DNA of 64,000 bases from Fibrobacterota bacterium. Its GTDB lineage: Bacteria; Fibrobacterota; Fibrobacteria; UBA11236. This document shows, one piece after another, positions 21,263 to 30,860 of the stretch. A program made the position numbers and the translations under genes. Numbering within the stretch: position 1 is the first letter of the stretch; each line of letters starts with the position of its first letter. The stretch spans positions 25,755 to 89,754 of the forward strand of contig JAEKLQ010000027.1 in assembly GCA_019509785.1 (NCBI GenBank), written 5' to 3'. The notes beneath the pieces were generated by a model. The model was not told where the DNA came from, did not search any database, and saw nothing but the letters and a program-made list of their open reading frames with translations.

Positions 21263-23098
21263 CTACTCTACGGTCACGCTCTTCGCCAGGTTCCTCGGCG
21301 TATCCACATCGCATCCCCGCATCACCGCCACATGATAGGCCAACAGCTGCAGCGGCACCACCGAAAGCAAAGGCGTCAGCATATGCAGGGTCTTCGGGAT
21401 GATGATGGTCCAATCGGCCAGCTTGCCCAGGTTGGCTTCGGAATCGGTGATGGCGATGATCTTGCCGCCGCGGGCCTTCACTTCCTGCATGTTCGACAGC
21501 ATCTTGTCGAAAAGGGCGTCGGTGGGGGCGATGACCACGGTGGGCATGTTCGAATCGATAAGGGCGATGGGCCCGTGCTTCATTTCGGCCGCGGGATAGC
21601 CCTCGGCGTGGATGTAGGAGATTTCCTTCAGCTTTAGCGCGCCTTCCAAGGCCACCGGATAATTGTAGCCGCGCCCCAGGAAGAGGAAGTTGCCGTGGTC
21701 CTTGATCTCCTTGGCGATGGACTTGATCTGATCGTTGAGCTGCAGGATCTCCTTGATCTGGTCGGGGATCTTGTTGAGCGCCTTGCAGATCTTCATGCCC
21801 TCGTCGGGCGATGTGCGGCGCATGCGTCCCAAAAGCAGGGCGATCAAGGTCAATACGGTGACCTGCGAGGTGAAGGCCTTGGTCGAAGCGACGCCTATCT
21901 CGGGGCCGGCATGCAGGTAGACGCCGCCGTCGGTCTCGCGCGCGATGCTGGAGCCCACAACGTTGCAGATGCCCAGGACGGTGGCGCCCTTCTGCTTGGC
22001 TTCCCGTAGGGCGGCCAGGGTATCCGCAGTTTCGCCGGATTGGGAAATCACGAACACCAGGGTCTTGTCGTTGATGATCGGGTTGCGGTAGCGGAACTCC
22101 GAGGCGTATTCGACCTCGACCGGGATGCCCGACAGCTCCTCGATGAGGTATTCGCCCACCTTGGCGGCGTAGAAGCTAGTGCCGCAAGCCGCGATGATGA
22201 TGCGCTGGATGGAACGCAATTCCTGGGTCACGAGGTTCAGGCCTTGCAACTTGGCGGTTCCGTCGGGCAGGATGCGGCCACGCAGGGAATTGAGCACGGT
22301 GGTGGGTTGCTCGAAGATTTCCTTGAGCATGAAATGATCGAAGTTGCCGCGCGCCACCTGCTCGGCGCTGAACTCGATGTTCTGCACCTCGCGGCGGACC
22401 TCGGCATTGGCCTGGTTGGTGATCTTGTAATTGCCGTTCAGGACCACCATGTCGTTGTCGTCGAGGTAGACCACCTTTTGGGTATGTTCCACTATGGGCG
22501 CCACGTCCGAGGCCAGGAAGAATTCGTTATCGCCGACGCCCAAGACCAGCGGGCTGCCGCGCCGGGCGCCTACCAGCACTCCGGGTTCATGGGCCGAAAC
22601 CACCACGATGCCGAAGGCGCCTTCCAGGCTGGCGAGGGCTTCCGAGACGGCTTTTGCCAGGTCGCCGGGCTTGCCGGGCAATTGCTTATAGAACTTGGAG
22701 ATGAGGTGGACGATGACTTCGGTGTCGGTCTCGGACTTGAAGACCACGCCTTCCTTCTGGAGCGCGGCCTTGATGATGGCGTAGTTCTCGATGATCCCGT
22801 TATGCACCACCGCGAATTTCCCGTCTTCGCTGGTATGGGGATGGGCGTTCATCACCGAGGGGGCGCCGTGGGTCGCCCACCGCGTATGGCCGATGCCCAC
22901 GCTGCCCGTGAGCGGCCCGGTCTTGAGGGCATTCTCCAGTTCCACCAACTTGCCCTTTGCGCGCACCAGTTCCAGCTTGTGGTCGCTCTGGATGCAAACG
23001 CCCGCGCTATCGTAACCGCGGTACTCGAGCTTTTTCAGCCCTTCCACCAGGATTTGTTGGGCATTGCGCTTTCCGGTATAGGCCACGATTCCGCACAT
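21263..23098 (-). CDS. glmS: Glutamine--fructose-6-phosphate aminotransferase (GlmS)
   Basis: MCGIVAY N-terminal nucleophile Cys (start set at the Met preceding Cys). Two SIS domains. C-terminal ...NLAKSVTVE. Confidence 0.95.
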   Translation of the reverse strand: MCGIVAYTGKRNAQQILVEGLKKLEYRGYDSAGVCIQSDHKLELVRAKGKLVELENALKTGPLTGSVGIGHTRWATHGAPSVMNAHPHTSEDGKFAVVHNGIIENYAIIKAALQKEGVVFKSETDTEVIVHLISKFYKQLPGKPGDLAKAVSEALASLEGAFGIVVVSAHEPGVLVGARRGSPLVLGVGDNEFFLASDVAPIVEHTQKVVYLDDNDMVVLNGNYKITNQANAEVRREVQNIEFSAEQVARGNFDHFMLKEIFEQPTTVLNSLRGRILPDGTAKLQGLNLVTQELRSIQRIIIAACGTSFYAAKVGEYLIEELSGIPVEVEYASEFRYRNPIINDKTLVFVISQSGETADTLAALREAKQKGATVLGICNVVGSSIARETDGGVYLHAGPEIGVASTKAFTSQVTVLTLIALLLGRMRRTSPDEGMKICKALNKIPDQIKEILQLNDQIKSIAKEIKDHGNFLFLGRGYNYPVALEGALKLKEISYIHAEGYPAAEMKHGPIALIDSNMPTVVIAPTDALFDKMLSNMQEVKARGGKIIAITDSEANLGKLADWTIIIPKTLHMLTPLLSVVPLQLLAYHVAVMRGCDVDTPRNLAKSVTVE

Positions 23099-23173
23099 AG
23101 ACGTCAATCCTTCGTTGATAAGGCAAAAGGCGAGTTGGAATATCCGAAATTCAATCTGCCGGGACGCATTTTC

Positions 23174-24517
23174 CTATCCCAATTCCGCTTCGATCGCTTT
23201 GCACAGCTTTTGCGCCTGGTCCTTGTCCGGGGCTTCGGCGATGACGCGCACGACCGGTTCGGTGTTGGAAGCGCGCAAGTGGACCCAGCTCTTCTCCCAT
23301 TCGAAGCGGAGCCCGTCTTGCCGATCGACCTTGGCATCGGGGAAGCGGGTAGCCAGCTTCGCGATGATGGCCTGCAAATCCTTGCCCGCCACCGAATACT
23401 TCTGCTTTTCGATATGGTATGCCGGGATGGATGCGGCGATGGCGGAGAGCGGTTTGCCTTTTTCGGCCATCAATTGCAGGGTCATGGCCACCGCCAGGAT
23501 GCCGTCGCGGCCGTAATGGAGATCCGGCGAAATGACGCCTCCGTTGCCTTCGCCGCCGATGACGCTGCCGTTCTTCTTCATCCCCACCGTCACGTTGATC
23601 TCGCCGACCTTGGTGCGCAGCACCGGCACCTTATGGCGCGCGGCGATGTCCTCGACCATGCGGCTGGTGGAGAGGTTCACGGCCACCGGGCCCGTTTTGT
23701 GGTCCAGCACGAGCATGGTCGCGAAGGCCAAGGTGTATTCCTCGCCGATGGCCTTGCCGCCGTCGACCACGATGGCGCAACGGTCCGCGTCCGGGTCGGT
23801 GGCGAAGCCGACGTGGCAGCCCTTCCGCCGCACCAGCTCTTCCAATTGGACCAGATTCTCCGGCGTGGGTTCCGCCCCATGGGGGAAGATGCCGTTGGGT
23901 TCCACGTGGATGAGCTCCATGTCGCAGCCCAGGGCCTTCAATAATTTCGGGACGATAAGGCTGCCGGCGCCGTTCACGGCGTCATAAGCCACGCGGAAGC
24001 GTTTGGCGCGGATGAGATCGGGTTTGATGAACGGGAGCTTGAGGACGGCTTCGATATGGCGTTCGTCGGCGCCTTCGCGCCGGCCCACCGGCTTCACGTC
24101 CGCCCATCCCTTCCAGTCGAAGCGATTGTTATCCACCAATTCGAAGAGCTGTTTCACCTGGGGCTCGTCCAGGAAAATGCCTTCGTGGGTGAGGAACTTG
24201 AGGGCGTTCCACTCGATGGGGTTATGCGAGGCGGTGATGATGATGCCGCCCCCCGCCTTGGATTCGATGACTTCCATTTCCACCGTGGGGGTGCTGGCCA
24301 CCCCCAGCATGATGGCTTCCGCGCCCGAGGCCGAGCAGGCCGAAGCCACCAGGTTCTCGATCATGAATCCGGTGGGCCGGGTATCCCGGCCGACCACCAC
24401 TTTCTTGGCGCCGGTCAATTGGATGAACGCGTTCACGTAGTTGACGATCAGGGATGGCGAAAAGGCCGGCCCGATGATGCCACGGATGCCCGAAACGGAC
24501 CGCATCAATACCGACAT
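23174..24517 (-). CDS. glmM: Phosphoglucosamine mutase (GlmM)
   Basis: Phosphohexomutase active-site loop TASHNPIEWNALKF and GEGNGGVISPD sugar-binding loop. Adjacent to glmS. Confidence 0.9.
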   Translation of the reverse strand: MSVLMRSVSGIRGIIGPAFSPSLIVNYVNAFIQLTGAKKVVVGRDTRPTGFMIENLVASACSASGAEAIMLGVASTPTVEMEVIESKAGGGIIITASHNPIEWNALKFLTHEGIFLDEPQVKQLFELVDNNRFDWKGWADVKPVGRREGADERHIEAVLKLPFIKPDLIRAKRFRVAYDAVNGAGSLIVPKLLKALGCDMELIHVEPNGIFPHGAEPTPENLVQLEELVRRKGCHVGFATDPDADRCAIVVDGGKAIGEEYTLAFATMLVLDHKTGPVAVNLSTSRMVEDIAARHKVPVLRTKVGEINVTVGMKKNGSVIGGEGNGGVISPDLHYGRDGILAVAMTLQLMAEKGKPLSAIAASIPAYHIEKQKYSVAGKDLQAIIAKLATRFPDAKVDRQDGLRFEWEKSWVHLRASNTEPVVRVIAEAPDKDQAQKLCKAIEAELG

Positions 24518-24717
24518 CCCTAATCCTCCCTTATGGCTGGCGCGAAGGGCCGTAAGCGACGGCCCGCATTACCCGGACAAGATACCTTAAGGCCGAAGGG
24601 CATGTCAATCGCATCGACGCTTCCTAAGCGCCGGAAAATGTTACACTTGCGAGACGACATCTTGACCTTTGCGCCTATGGGTTTGGACATTTTTTACTTG
24701 CGGTGGGAAACCTTCGA

Positions 24718-25221
24718 ATGAACCTGATAAGAAAGTGGTTGGGAACCTCGGGAACGGCGCTTCTCTGCATCATTATCCCGGTTCGCGCCCAGTCCCCGTC
24801 CCGCCAACCCGTTCCCAAGCTTTCCTTCCGTTATGAGGTGCCCTCCAGCGATACTGCATCCCGCGCCGACAAGCTCATCGTTCACGTGGAGATCGCTCCC
24901 GGCTGGCACATCAATTCCGATGCCCCCCTGGACGATTTCCTGGTACCAACGCGGGTGGAAGCGAAGGCGGAAGGATGCGAGTTCGGCAAGCCCGGATACC
25001 CGCGGCCCGAACGGGTTCATTCCGATGCCATGGGCGGAGATGTGCTTCTATTCTCCGGCGCCTTCGACGTGGTATTGCCCTTTCTCAAGAAGCCTTCGTC
25101 GCGGAATGCGGATGGGCCCGGGGGGCCCCGCACAATCGTCACCTTGAAATATCAGGCATGCGATCAGGCGACCTGCTACCCGCCCAAGGAAATCTCGTCA
25201 GAGTCGCGGATGGCTCGCTGA
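24718..25221 (+). CDS. Stand-alone DsbD N-terminal (alpha) domain-like periplasmic protein
   Basis: Signal peptide. PGWHIN and KYQACDQATCYPPKE match the DsbD-alpha GYYLY / TYQGCADAGFCYPPE signature. Confidence 0.6.
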   Translation: MNLIRKWLGTSGTALLCIIIPVRAQSPSRQPVPKLSFRYEVPSSDTASRADKLIVHVEIAPGWHINSDAPLDDFLVPTRVEAKAEGCEFGKPGYPRPERVHSDAMGGDVLLFSGAFDVVLPFLKKPSSRNADGPGGPRTIVTLKYQACDQATCYPPKEISSESRMAR

Positions 25222-25263
25222 GGTAGGGACGCGGTTCCGACACATGGGAACGATTCGGAAGGG

Positions 25264-26655
25264 TCAGGCGCCAGGCGGCAGTAGGGTCGCGATCAGATCG
25301 TACTCGCTCGCATCGTCGATGCGCACTTTGCGGAAGCTGCCGGGATCGGCTTCCATGGCCCCTTCGGCGCCATAGATCATCACGGTATTGTCCACCTCGG
25401 GCGCGTCTCCCTCGGTGCGGCCCGTGAAGTGGTGATCGGCTCCTTCCGCCGCCGCGTCGATGATCACCTCGACGACATCCCCGATGCGCTTCTCGTTCTC
25501 TTCCAGGGAGATCTGCCGCTGCAGCGTCATCATCCGATCCACTCGCGCCTCGATGACGTCCTGGGGAACCTTGGGTTCCAGGTCATAGGCGAAGGTGCCT
25601 TCCTCGTCCGAGTACGAAAAGCAGCCCAAATGCCGGAAGCGCATCTCCTCCAGGAAGGCCATGAGGATTTCTACGTCCTCTTCGGTTTCGCCGGGATATC
25701 CCAGCAGCGCCGTGGTACGTAGGGCGAGGCCCGGAATGGCCTTGCGCATGCGCGCGAGTCCTTCGTGCAACTGCACGGAGTCGTAATTGCGGCGCATGGC
25801 CTTGAGCATGGCCGAACTGGCGTGTTGGATAGGGATATCCAGGTACTTGCAAATGCGCTTTTCGTTCGCCATCACGTCGATGAGCCCGTCCGTGATGAAG
25901 GCGGGATAGGCGTACATCATGCGGAACCACGGGATGTCGGTATGCCTTAGAAGCGCATGCAAAAGCTGCTCCAGGCTTTCCTGGCCGCCGCTCTCGCGCC
26001 CGAAATAAGTCAGGTCCTGCGCGATGAGGGAGATTTCCTTGACCCCCCACTCTTGCAATTGCTGGGCCTCGCCCACGATGTCGGCGATGCTCCGGCTCTT
26101 TTGCTTGCCGCGCATGCCGGGGATGGCGCAGAACCCGCATACGCGGTTGCAGCCCTCCGCGATCTTCAGGAAGGCATGATGGCGTTCCTCGCCCATCAAG
26201 GCGCGCGGTCCCGCCCCCACCTTGCAGTCCGAAGGCAGGGAGGAGTTGAGCCCCAGGCGCTCCAGCATTTCCCCGGGCCTGTAGGTGCCGATGAACAGGT
26301 CCACCTCGGGGATATCTTTTTTGAGATCCTCCATGTACCGTTGCGCCAGGCAGCCGGCCACCACCAGCTTTTCGCCCTTGCCCTTGCTCCCGACCGCCGC
26401 GAGGATTTCCTGGATGGATTCTTCCTTGGCGGCTTCGATGAATCCGCAGGTATTGATGACCGTGATGGCGGCCTTTTCGTCTTCCTCATCGGCCAGGATG
26501 AATCCGGCCCGGCCGAACTCGCCCAGGATGTTCTCGCTATCGACCTGGTTCTTGGAACAGCCCAGGTTCAGGAGGCGGACTTTGGGGGACGGGGAAATGG
26601 CGGAGGCGCCGGCCGGCGGAGCGTCCGGCCGATTTTTCGTTTTACGAGGGGGCAT
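25264..26655 (-). CDS. rimO: Ribosomal protein S12 methylthiotransferase RimO (MiaB-family radical SAM)
   Basis: UPF0004 N-domain (LGCSKNQVDSE), radical-SAM CxxxCxxC (CNRVCGFCAIP), TRAM C-terminus. YLDIPIQHAS is RimO-like. Confidence 0.8.
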   Translation of the reverse strand: MPPRKTKNRPDAPPAGASAISPSPKVRLLNLGCSKNQVDSENILGEFGRAGFILADEEDEKAAITVINTCGFIEAAKEESIQEILAAVGSKGKGEKLVVAGCLAQRYMEDLKKDIPEVDLFIGTYRPGEMLERLGLNSSLPSDCKVGAGPRALMGEERHHAFLKIAEGCNRVCGFCAIPGMRGKQKSRSIADIVGEAQQLQEWGVKEISLIAQDLTYFGRESGGQESLEQLLHALLRHTDIPWFRMMYAYPAFITDGLIDVMANEKRICKYLDIPIQHASSAMLKAMRRNYDSVQLHEGLARMRKAIPGLALRTTALLGYPGETEEDVEILMAFLEEMRFRHLGCFSYSDEEGTFAYDLEPKVPQDVIEARVDRMMTLQRQISLEENEKRIGDVVEVIIDAAAEGADHHFTGRTEGDAPEVDNTVMIYGAEGAMEADPGSFRKVRIDDASEYDLIATLLPPGA

Positions 26656-26684
26656 TCAGGAACGGTAGGAAATGCCGAGGCGGA

Positions 26685-27692
26685 TTACCACTCGTCGAGA
26701 TTGACCTTACCGGAATCGGCCTTGGCAGGCTGGCCCGGGGCCTTCGCGGAAGAGGCGGGCGCGGGCGAGGCGGGAGCCGCATCCGGGGAGGGGGTGGGGG
26801 CTGAAGGCGAAGCGGCGGCGGAAGCCGGCTTCGTGCCCGGTAAATCCGACGAGGCGGCTGGAGCGGGCGTGGAGGTTTCCGGCTTGGAATTGCTCCAGGA
26901 ATCCCCGGAGGCAGGCGCAGCGGGTTCCGCGGTCTTGGGTTCGCTCGGAGCCGCGTCAGTGGGCGTTCCCCAGGTCCCGCCCGGCGGGGCGCTGGGCTCG
27001 GCGGCGGCGGTTTTGGATTTCTTGCCCTTACCTTTGCGCGGCGCGGGGGCCTCCGCGCTCGGCGTGGCGCTGCCGGAAGCGGGCTCCGCGGCGGGGGCGG
27101 AATAGCTGCCCCCAGCCCCGCCTACGGCGTCGTTCTTCTTATTGTCCACCCAATAGTCATAACCGAGGGGCTTGAGAGTATTGTCGCCGAAGGCCTTGGC
27201 GTCCCCGATTTTTAGAAACTTGCCGATGCGTACGCGCTGATAGGTGCCCGACAATTGGGGAACGGGATCGTTTACTTCCGCGACATAAGCGGGATAACCC
27301 TGTCCCGAAAGTTTCTCCACCAGGGCCCCTGCCTGTTTCTTGCTCTTGAATATGGCGACCTGGACCACGAAATGGCCGGCATCCGAGAAGCCGGCTTCCG
27401 AAGCCGGCGCCGAGGCCGCGCCCGGATTCTTCCCCTTGCCCTTGCCGGGATGGAAGGTGTTCTTGGCGCTGCCGGGCTTATCCTTGCCCACCTGCTGCAA
27501 ATTGGGCTCCTCGGCCAAAGTCGCCGAGGTATCCGTCTCTTTCGGGGGAGCGGCCGCGGGGACCTCTTCCACGACCGCGGAGTTTTCTTTGTCCTTCTTA
27601 CAACCGCCAATCAGCAATACCAGGCTGGCGGCAAACACGAATTGCAAATAACGGTGAGACAAACTTGCCCCCTCGGATAACGCGGTTTTCAC
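26685..27692 (-). CDS. SPOR-domain lipoprotein with Pro/Ala/Ser-rich C-terminal region
   Basis: Lipobox LLIGGC. SPOR-like fold FVVQVAIFKSKKQAGALVEKLSGQGYPAYVAEV...YQRVRIGKF. Long low-complexity tail. Confidence 0.65.
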   Translation of the reverse strand: MKTALSEGASLSHRYLQFVFAASLVLLIGGCKKDKENSAVVEEVPAAAPPKETDTSATLAEEPNLQQVGKDKPGSAKNTFHPGKGKGKNPGAASAPASEAGFSDAGHFVVQVAIFKSKKQAGALVEKLSGQGYPAYVAEVNDPVPQLSGTYQRVRIGKFLKIGDAKAFGDNTLKPLGYDYWVDNKKNDAVGGAGGSYSAPAAEPASGSATPSAEAPAPRKGKGKKSKTAAAEPSAPPGGTWGTPTDAAPSEPKTAEPAAPASGDSWSNSKPETSTPAPAASSDLPGTKPASAAASPSAPTPSPDAAPASPAPASSAKAPGQPAKADSGKVNLDEW

Positions 27693-28001
27693 GAGTTTTC
27701 TCTTCCCTCCAGGAATCGTATGACTCCTTTTTGGGGAATTTCAAGGATCTTAACCGACAAACCCCAAATTATACAAAAATTTAATATGCCTCCCTCCTGC
27801 ATCAACCTGCTTAAGAGCATTTGCAAAGGGGAAGCATCCAATTACCCGGAACCACCTATCGAGGTCTCTCAAGTACCCAGGCAGCGGTTCGTATGGAATG
27901 GTAACCAATGAGAATTTTCGGGTTTGTCTAACCTTTTGATTTCACTTAGGTTAAAGAAAGGGATCAGCCGGCGTTAACCTCTCTAAATACCCCCATTTTC
28001 A

Positions 28002-28030
28002 TTGACACCGGTAAGCCCGCTTGATACATT
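28002..28030 (+). promoter_or_regulatory. Sigma-70-type promoter (TTGACA-17nt-TACATT) upstream of rpsU
   Basis: ttgaca 28002-28007, 17-nt spacer, tacatt 28025-28030. About 66 nt upstream of the rpsU ATG. Confidence 0.55.
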
Positions 28031-28096
28031 ACCAAACGGACCTTGGCCGCTTCGGCAGGGTCCTTAGGCACGGAAAAGAGGTGAATTCAACTACCC

Positions 28097-28294
28097 ATGA
28101 CAGGCGTTATCGTACGACCCGGTGAATCCTTCGAAAAGGCTTTGCGGAGGTTCACCAAGACCTGCGAGAAGTCGGGCATTTTGTCCGACGTGAAGAAGAA
28201 CCAGCGCTTCGAAAAGCCTTCCGATGAAAAGAAACGGAAGCGCAATCAAGCCATTCGCAAGCATATCAAAGAGCAATTGGAAGCAAATGTCTGA
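28097..28294 (+). CDS. rpsU: 30S ribosomal protein S21
   Basis: GESFEKALRRFTKTCEKSGILSDVKKNQRFEKPSDEKKRKRNQAIRKH is a canonical bS21. Confidence 0.9.
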   Translation: MTGVIVRPGESFEKALRRFTKTCEKSGILSDVKKNQRFEKPSDEKKRKRNQAIRKHIKEQLEANV

Positions 28295-28351
28295 ACGCCG
28301 GAGACCGGTGGCGCCGTAAGGCGTGCCGGTCGCTAGGTCCCTTCGGACGAA

Positions 28352-28382
28352 AAGCGGTTCCCCTTCCGGGAACCGCTTTTTT
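28352..28382. terminator. Bidirectional rho-independent terminator between rpsU and the convergent response-regulator gene
   Basis: AAAGCGGTTCCC-cttc-CGGGAACCGCTTTT, followed by TTTTTG. Confidence 0.6.
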
Positions 28383-28387
28383 GTTGC

Positions 28388-29298
28388 CTAAATCTCGTTG
28401 ATGATGAGGGGCTTGTTGCCCGCGTACTTCTCTTCGAAGTAGTTGAAGATGCAGCACTCGCAGCGCTTGCCCTTCTCGATGTTGATGATGAAGCGATCGA
28501 CGTATTTGCGGGTGATGAAGAAGCCGCGGCCGTGGTAATCGAAAATGCCCATGGGCAGGCCCTTTTCGTCATGGGTGGTTTGGCGATCGAGCCAATAGAG
28601 AACGGTGTGCTTGTCGAGCTTGCCGCCCCGGTCCAGCACCGACACCCCGAACTTTTCCCGATCGCGGCAGGCGGTTACGATCACGGCCTGATCGTCCGGG
28701 AGCCGGAAATCCTTCACCCATTCCTGCTTGCGGTCGCCGGACTCATTGCGCGCTCCGTAAAAAAGCGCGTTGGTCATGAGTTCGATCAGCACGACCTTGA
28801 ATTTGTTGTGCGTCGGGGTACCGGAATAATGCTGCGAAAGCGATTCGCTGATCTCATCGATTTGCGAGGGCTCTACCAGCTTGTAGGTTTGGCTGGCGCA
28901 AGGTTCGAGCATGTATTGCGACAAGCCGAAAATGGCGTTGTTGAGGAGCGCGTTCAGGATCTCGCGGATCTCCTTGAAATTCAGGGGGACGGTCTTGGTG
29001 ATGACGTTGCCTACGTTATGGTCCCGCACCATGCGCATGTAATCGTCGAGGTTATAGGCGGTCATCAGTACGCGCTTGACTTGCGGATACGCGTCTTCCA
29101 CCTTGCGGAGGAGTTCGAAGCCCGTCATGTGGGGCATATTGATGTCCGAAAGGATCATGTCATAACGCGCTGCGGATAGCTTCAGCAGGGCGGTGGGGCC
29201 GTCGGGCGCGGTGTCGGCCGCGTAACCGAAAATGCGAAGCGCGTCCGAGAGCATGTCCCGGATGGGAGCTTCGTCATCCACCACTAGGATCTTGAACA
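28388..29298 (-). CDS. Response-regulator receiver domain fused to a GHKL (histidine-kinase-like ATPase) domain
   Basis: MFKILVVDDEAPIRDML...LSDINMPHMTGFELL receiver with phospho-acceptor Asp. C-terminal VSVLDRGGKLDKHTVLYWLDRQ...GRGFFITRKY is an anti-sigma/RsbW-like GHKL fold. Start set at internal Met; the upstream track ORF region is unlikely to be coding. Confidence 0.7.
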
Positions 29299-29384
29299 TG
29301 GGTTTCCGCTTTTGACTAAATTTCCCGAACGTGCCAACATCCGAATTAAACGCAAGTATACGCTCGCGAGGTGTTGAAAGCAAG

Positions 29385-30860
29385 ATGCCTGCGCCTACCG
29401 CGGCGGGCTGGATCGAGGGGCTGAATGCCGAACAGGCGGAGGCGGTCTCGGCCGATCCGGACTGCGCGTTGCTGGTCCTGGCGGGGGCCGGATCCGGGAA
29501 GACCACGGTGCTTACGCGCCGCGCGGCTTACCTTTGCGATCCCGCCTTCGGAGGAAGGGGGGTGTTGGCCCTGACTTTCACGAAGGACGCGGCCCTGGAG
29601 ATGGAAACGCGTTTGCGCGCTTCAGGCGCCTGGGATCGAGCCGCCGATCCGCCTTGGATCGGTACCTTTCATGCTTTCGCGTTTTCCTTGATCCGGGAGG
29701 AAGGCAATTGGGGGCGTCTCGGTTTTTCCGTCTGCCCTCGCCTGCTCGGGGACGACGATGCGGAGGCCTGGGTCCGTAGCGAATTGGAATCGGAGCGGTC
29801 CGCCGGTCGGGCGCCCGATCTGACGCCCGCCACGCTATCCGCTTGGCTGGCGGACGCCTTCGCCGAGGATTCGGACGGGGATGGGGCCCGCGGAGCCGGG
29901 GAGCGGGCGGATTGGCGCTGCCGTTTCCGGGCGTATCTCCTCTCACAGGGCATGCTCGGCTTCGGGGACATGGTCACCTTGGCGTTACGTCTGCTGGGCG
30001 AGCATCCGGACCTGCTGGCGGGATACCGAGCGCGCTGGCCGCGCATCCTGGTGGACGAATTCCAGGATACCTCGCGGGATCAACTGGAATTGGTCCGACT
30101 CCTGGCCGACGATCCGCCGCGCCTGTTCCTGGTCGGCGACGACGACCAAGCCATCTACGGTTTTCGCGGGGCGGATCCCGGCAATCTGCGGGCGGCCATG
30201 GAAATGTTCCCCGGCCTGCGCGTGCTGAAGCTGGAAACCAACTACCGCTCTTCAGGTCCCATCGTCAGTTACGCGAATTCCGTTTTCTACGGGAAGCCCG
30301 CGGCTTTGCGCAAGCGGTTGCGGCCTGGATCCTCGCGGGGCCACGCCCCCGTACGCACCCTGATCCATGCCGATGGCGCGGAACAGGCGCGCTGGATGAT
30401 CGGCGAGATGGAGCGGCTGCGGAAAGAGGAAGGATTGGCCTGGTCCGAGATGGCCATCCTGTTCCGCATCAACGCGCTCGAGCCTTATTACCGCGTGGCT
30501 TTGGAGCGCCTGGCGGGGGCCGAAGCGGCGCGGGAGGTGATCTTGGCCACCGTGCATGCGGCCAAGGGGCTCGAGTACGCCGCCGTCTTTTTCATGGGGC
30601 TGGAGGACGGCATCTTGCCCAATCGGCGCGCCGGCGCTCCCTTGCCCCGCGAGCGGATGGACGAGGAACGGCGCATCTTCTACGTGGGCGTAACGCGCGC
30701 CCAACGATTCCTCTACCTTTGCGCTTGCCGCCGCCGCGTCTTGCGGGGCAAGCCGGTGCAGGCCGCGCCCTCGCCCTTCCTGCGGCGGGGCCTTTCGGCC
30801 TGGCCGGTCGCCATGACACAGGCCCTGAGGGCCCTGCGCGGAAAGGATGCCCGATCATGA
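29385..30860 (+). CDS. Compact UvrD/Rep-family superfamily-1 helicase (about 490 aa)
   Basis: Walker A LAGAGSGKTTVL, GTFH, VDEFQDTS, GDDDQAIYGFRGA, LETNYRSS, TVHAAKGLEY, YVGVTRA. Lacks the long 1B/2B insertions of canonical UvrD. Stop overlaps the next ATG (ATGA). Confidence 0.8.
   Translation: MPAPTAAGWIEGLNAEQAEAVSADPDCALLVLAGAGSGKTTVLTRRAAYLCDPAFGGRGVLALTFTKDAALEMETRLRASGAWDRAADPPWIGTFHAFAFSLIREEGNWGRLGFSVCPRLLGDDDAEAWVRSELESERSAGRAPDLTPATLSAWLADAFAEDSDGDGARGAGERADWRCRFRAYLLSQGMLGFGDMVTLALRLLGEHPDLLAGYRARWPRILVDEFQDTSRDQLELVRLLADDPPRLFLVGDDDQAIYGFRGADPGNLRAAMEMFPGLRVLKLETNYRSSGPIVSYANSVFYGKPAALRKRLRPGSSRGHAPVRTLIHADGAEQARWMIGEMERLRKEEGLAWSEMAILFRINALEPYYRVALERLAGAEAAREVILATVHAAKGLEYAAVFFMGLEDGILPNRRAGAPLPRERMDEERRIFYVGVTRAQRFLYLCACRRRVLRGKPVQAAPSPFLRRGLSAWPVAMTQALRALRGKDARS

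Noticed and set aside
22040-23944. 634-aa plus-strand ORF
   Set aside because: Antisense to glmS and glmM.
27720-27911. 63-aa ORF in AT-rich spacer upstream of rpsU
   Set aside because: No Shine-Dalgarno, atypical codon usage for this genome, no recognisable domain. More likely non-coding regulatory DNA.
29843-30856. Upstream 337 codons of track ORF 29843..31567 (574 aa)
   Set aside because: Out-of-frame overlap of the UvrD-like helicase gene (Arg/Gly/Pro-rich). Only the last 237 aa, starting at the ATG overlapping the helicase stop, form the PlsC acyltransferase.
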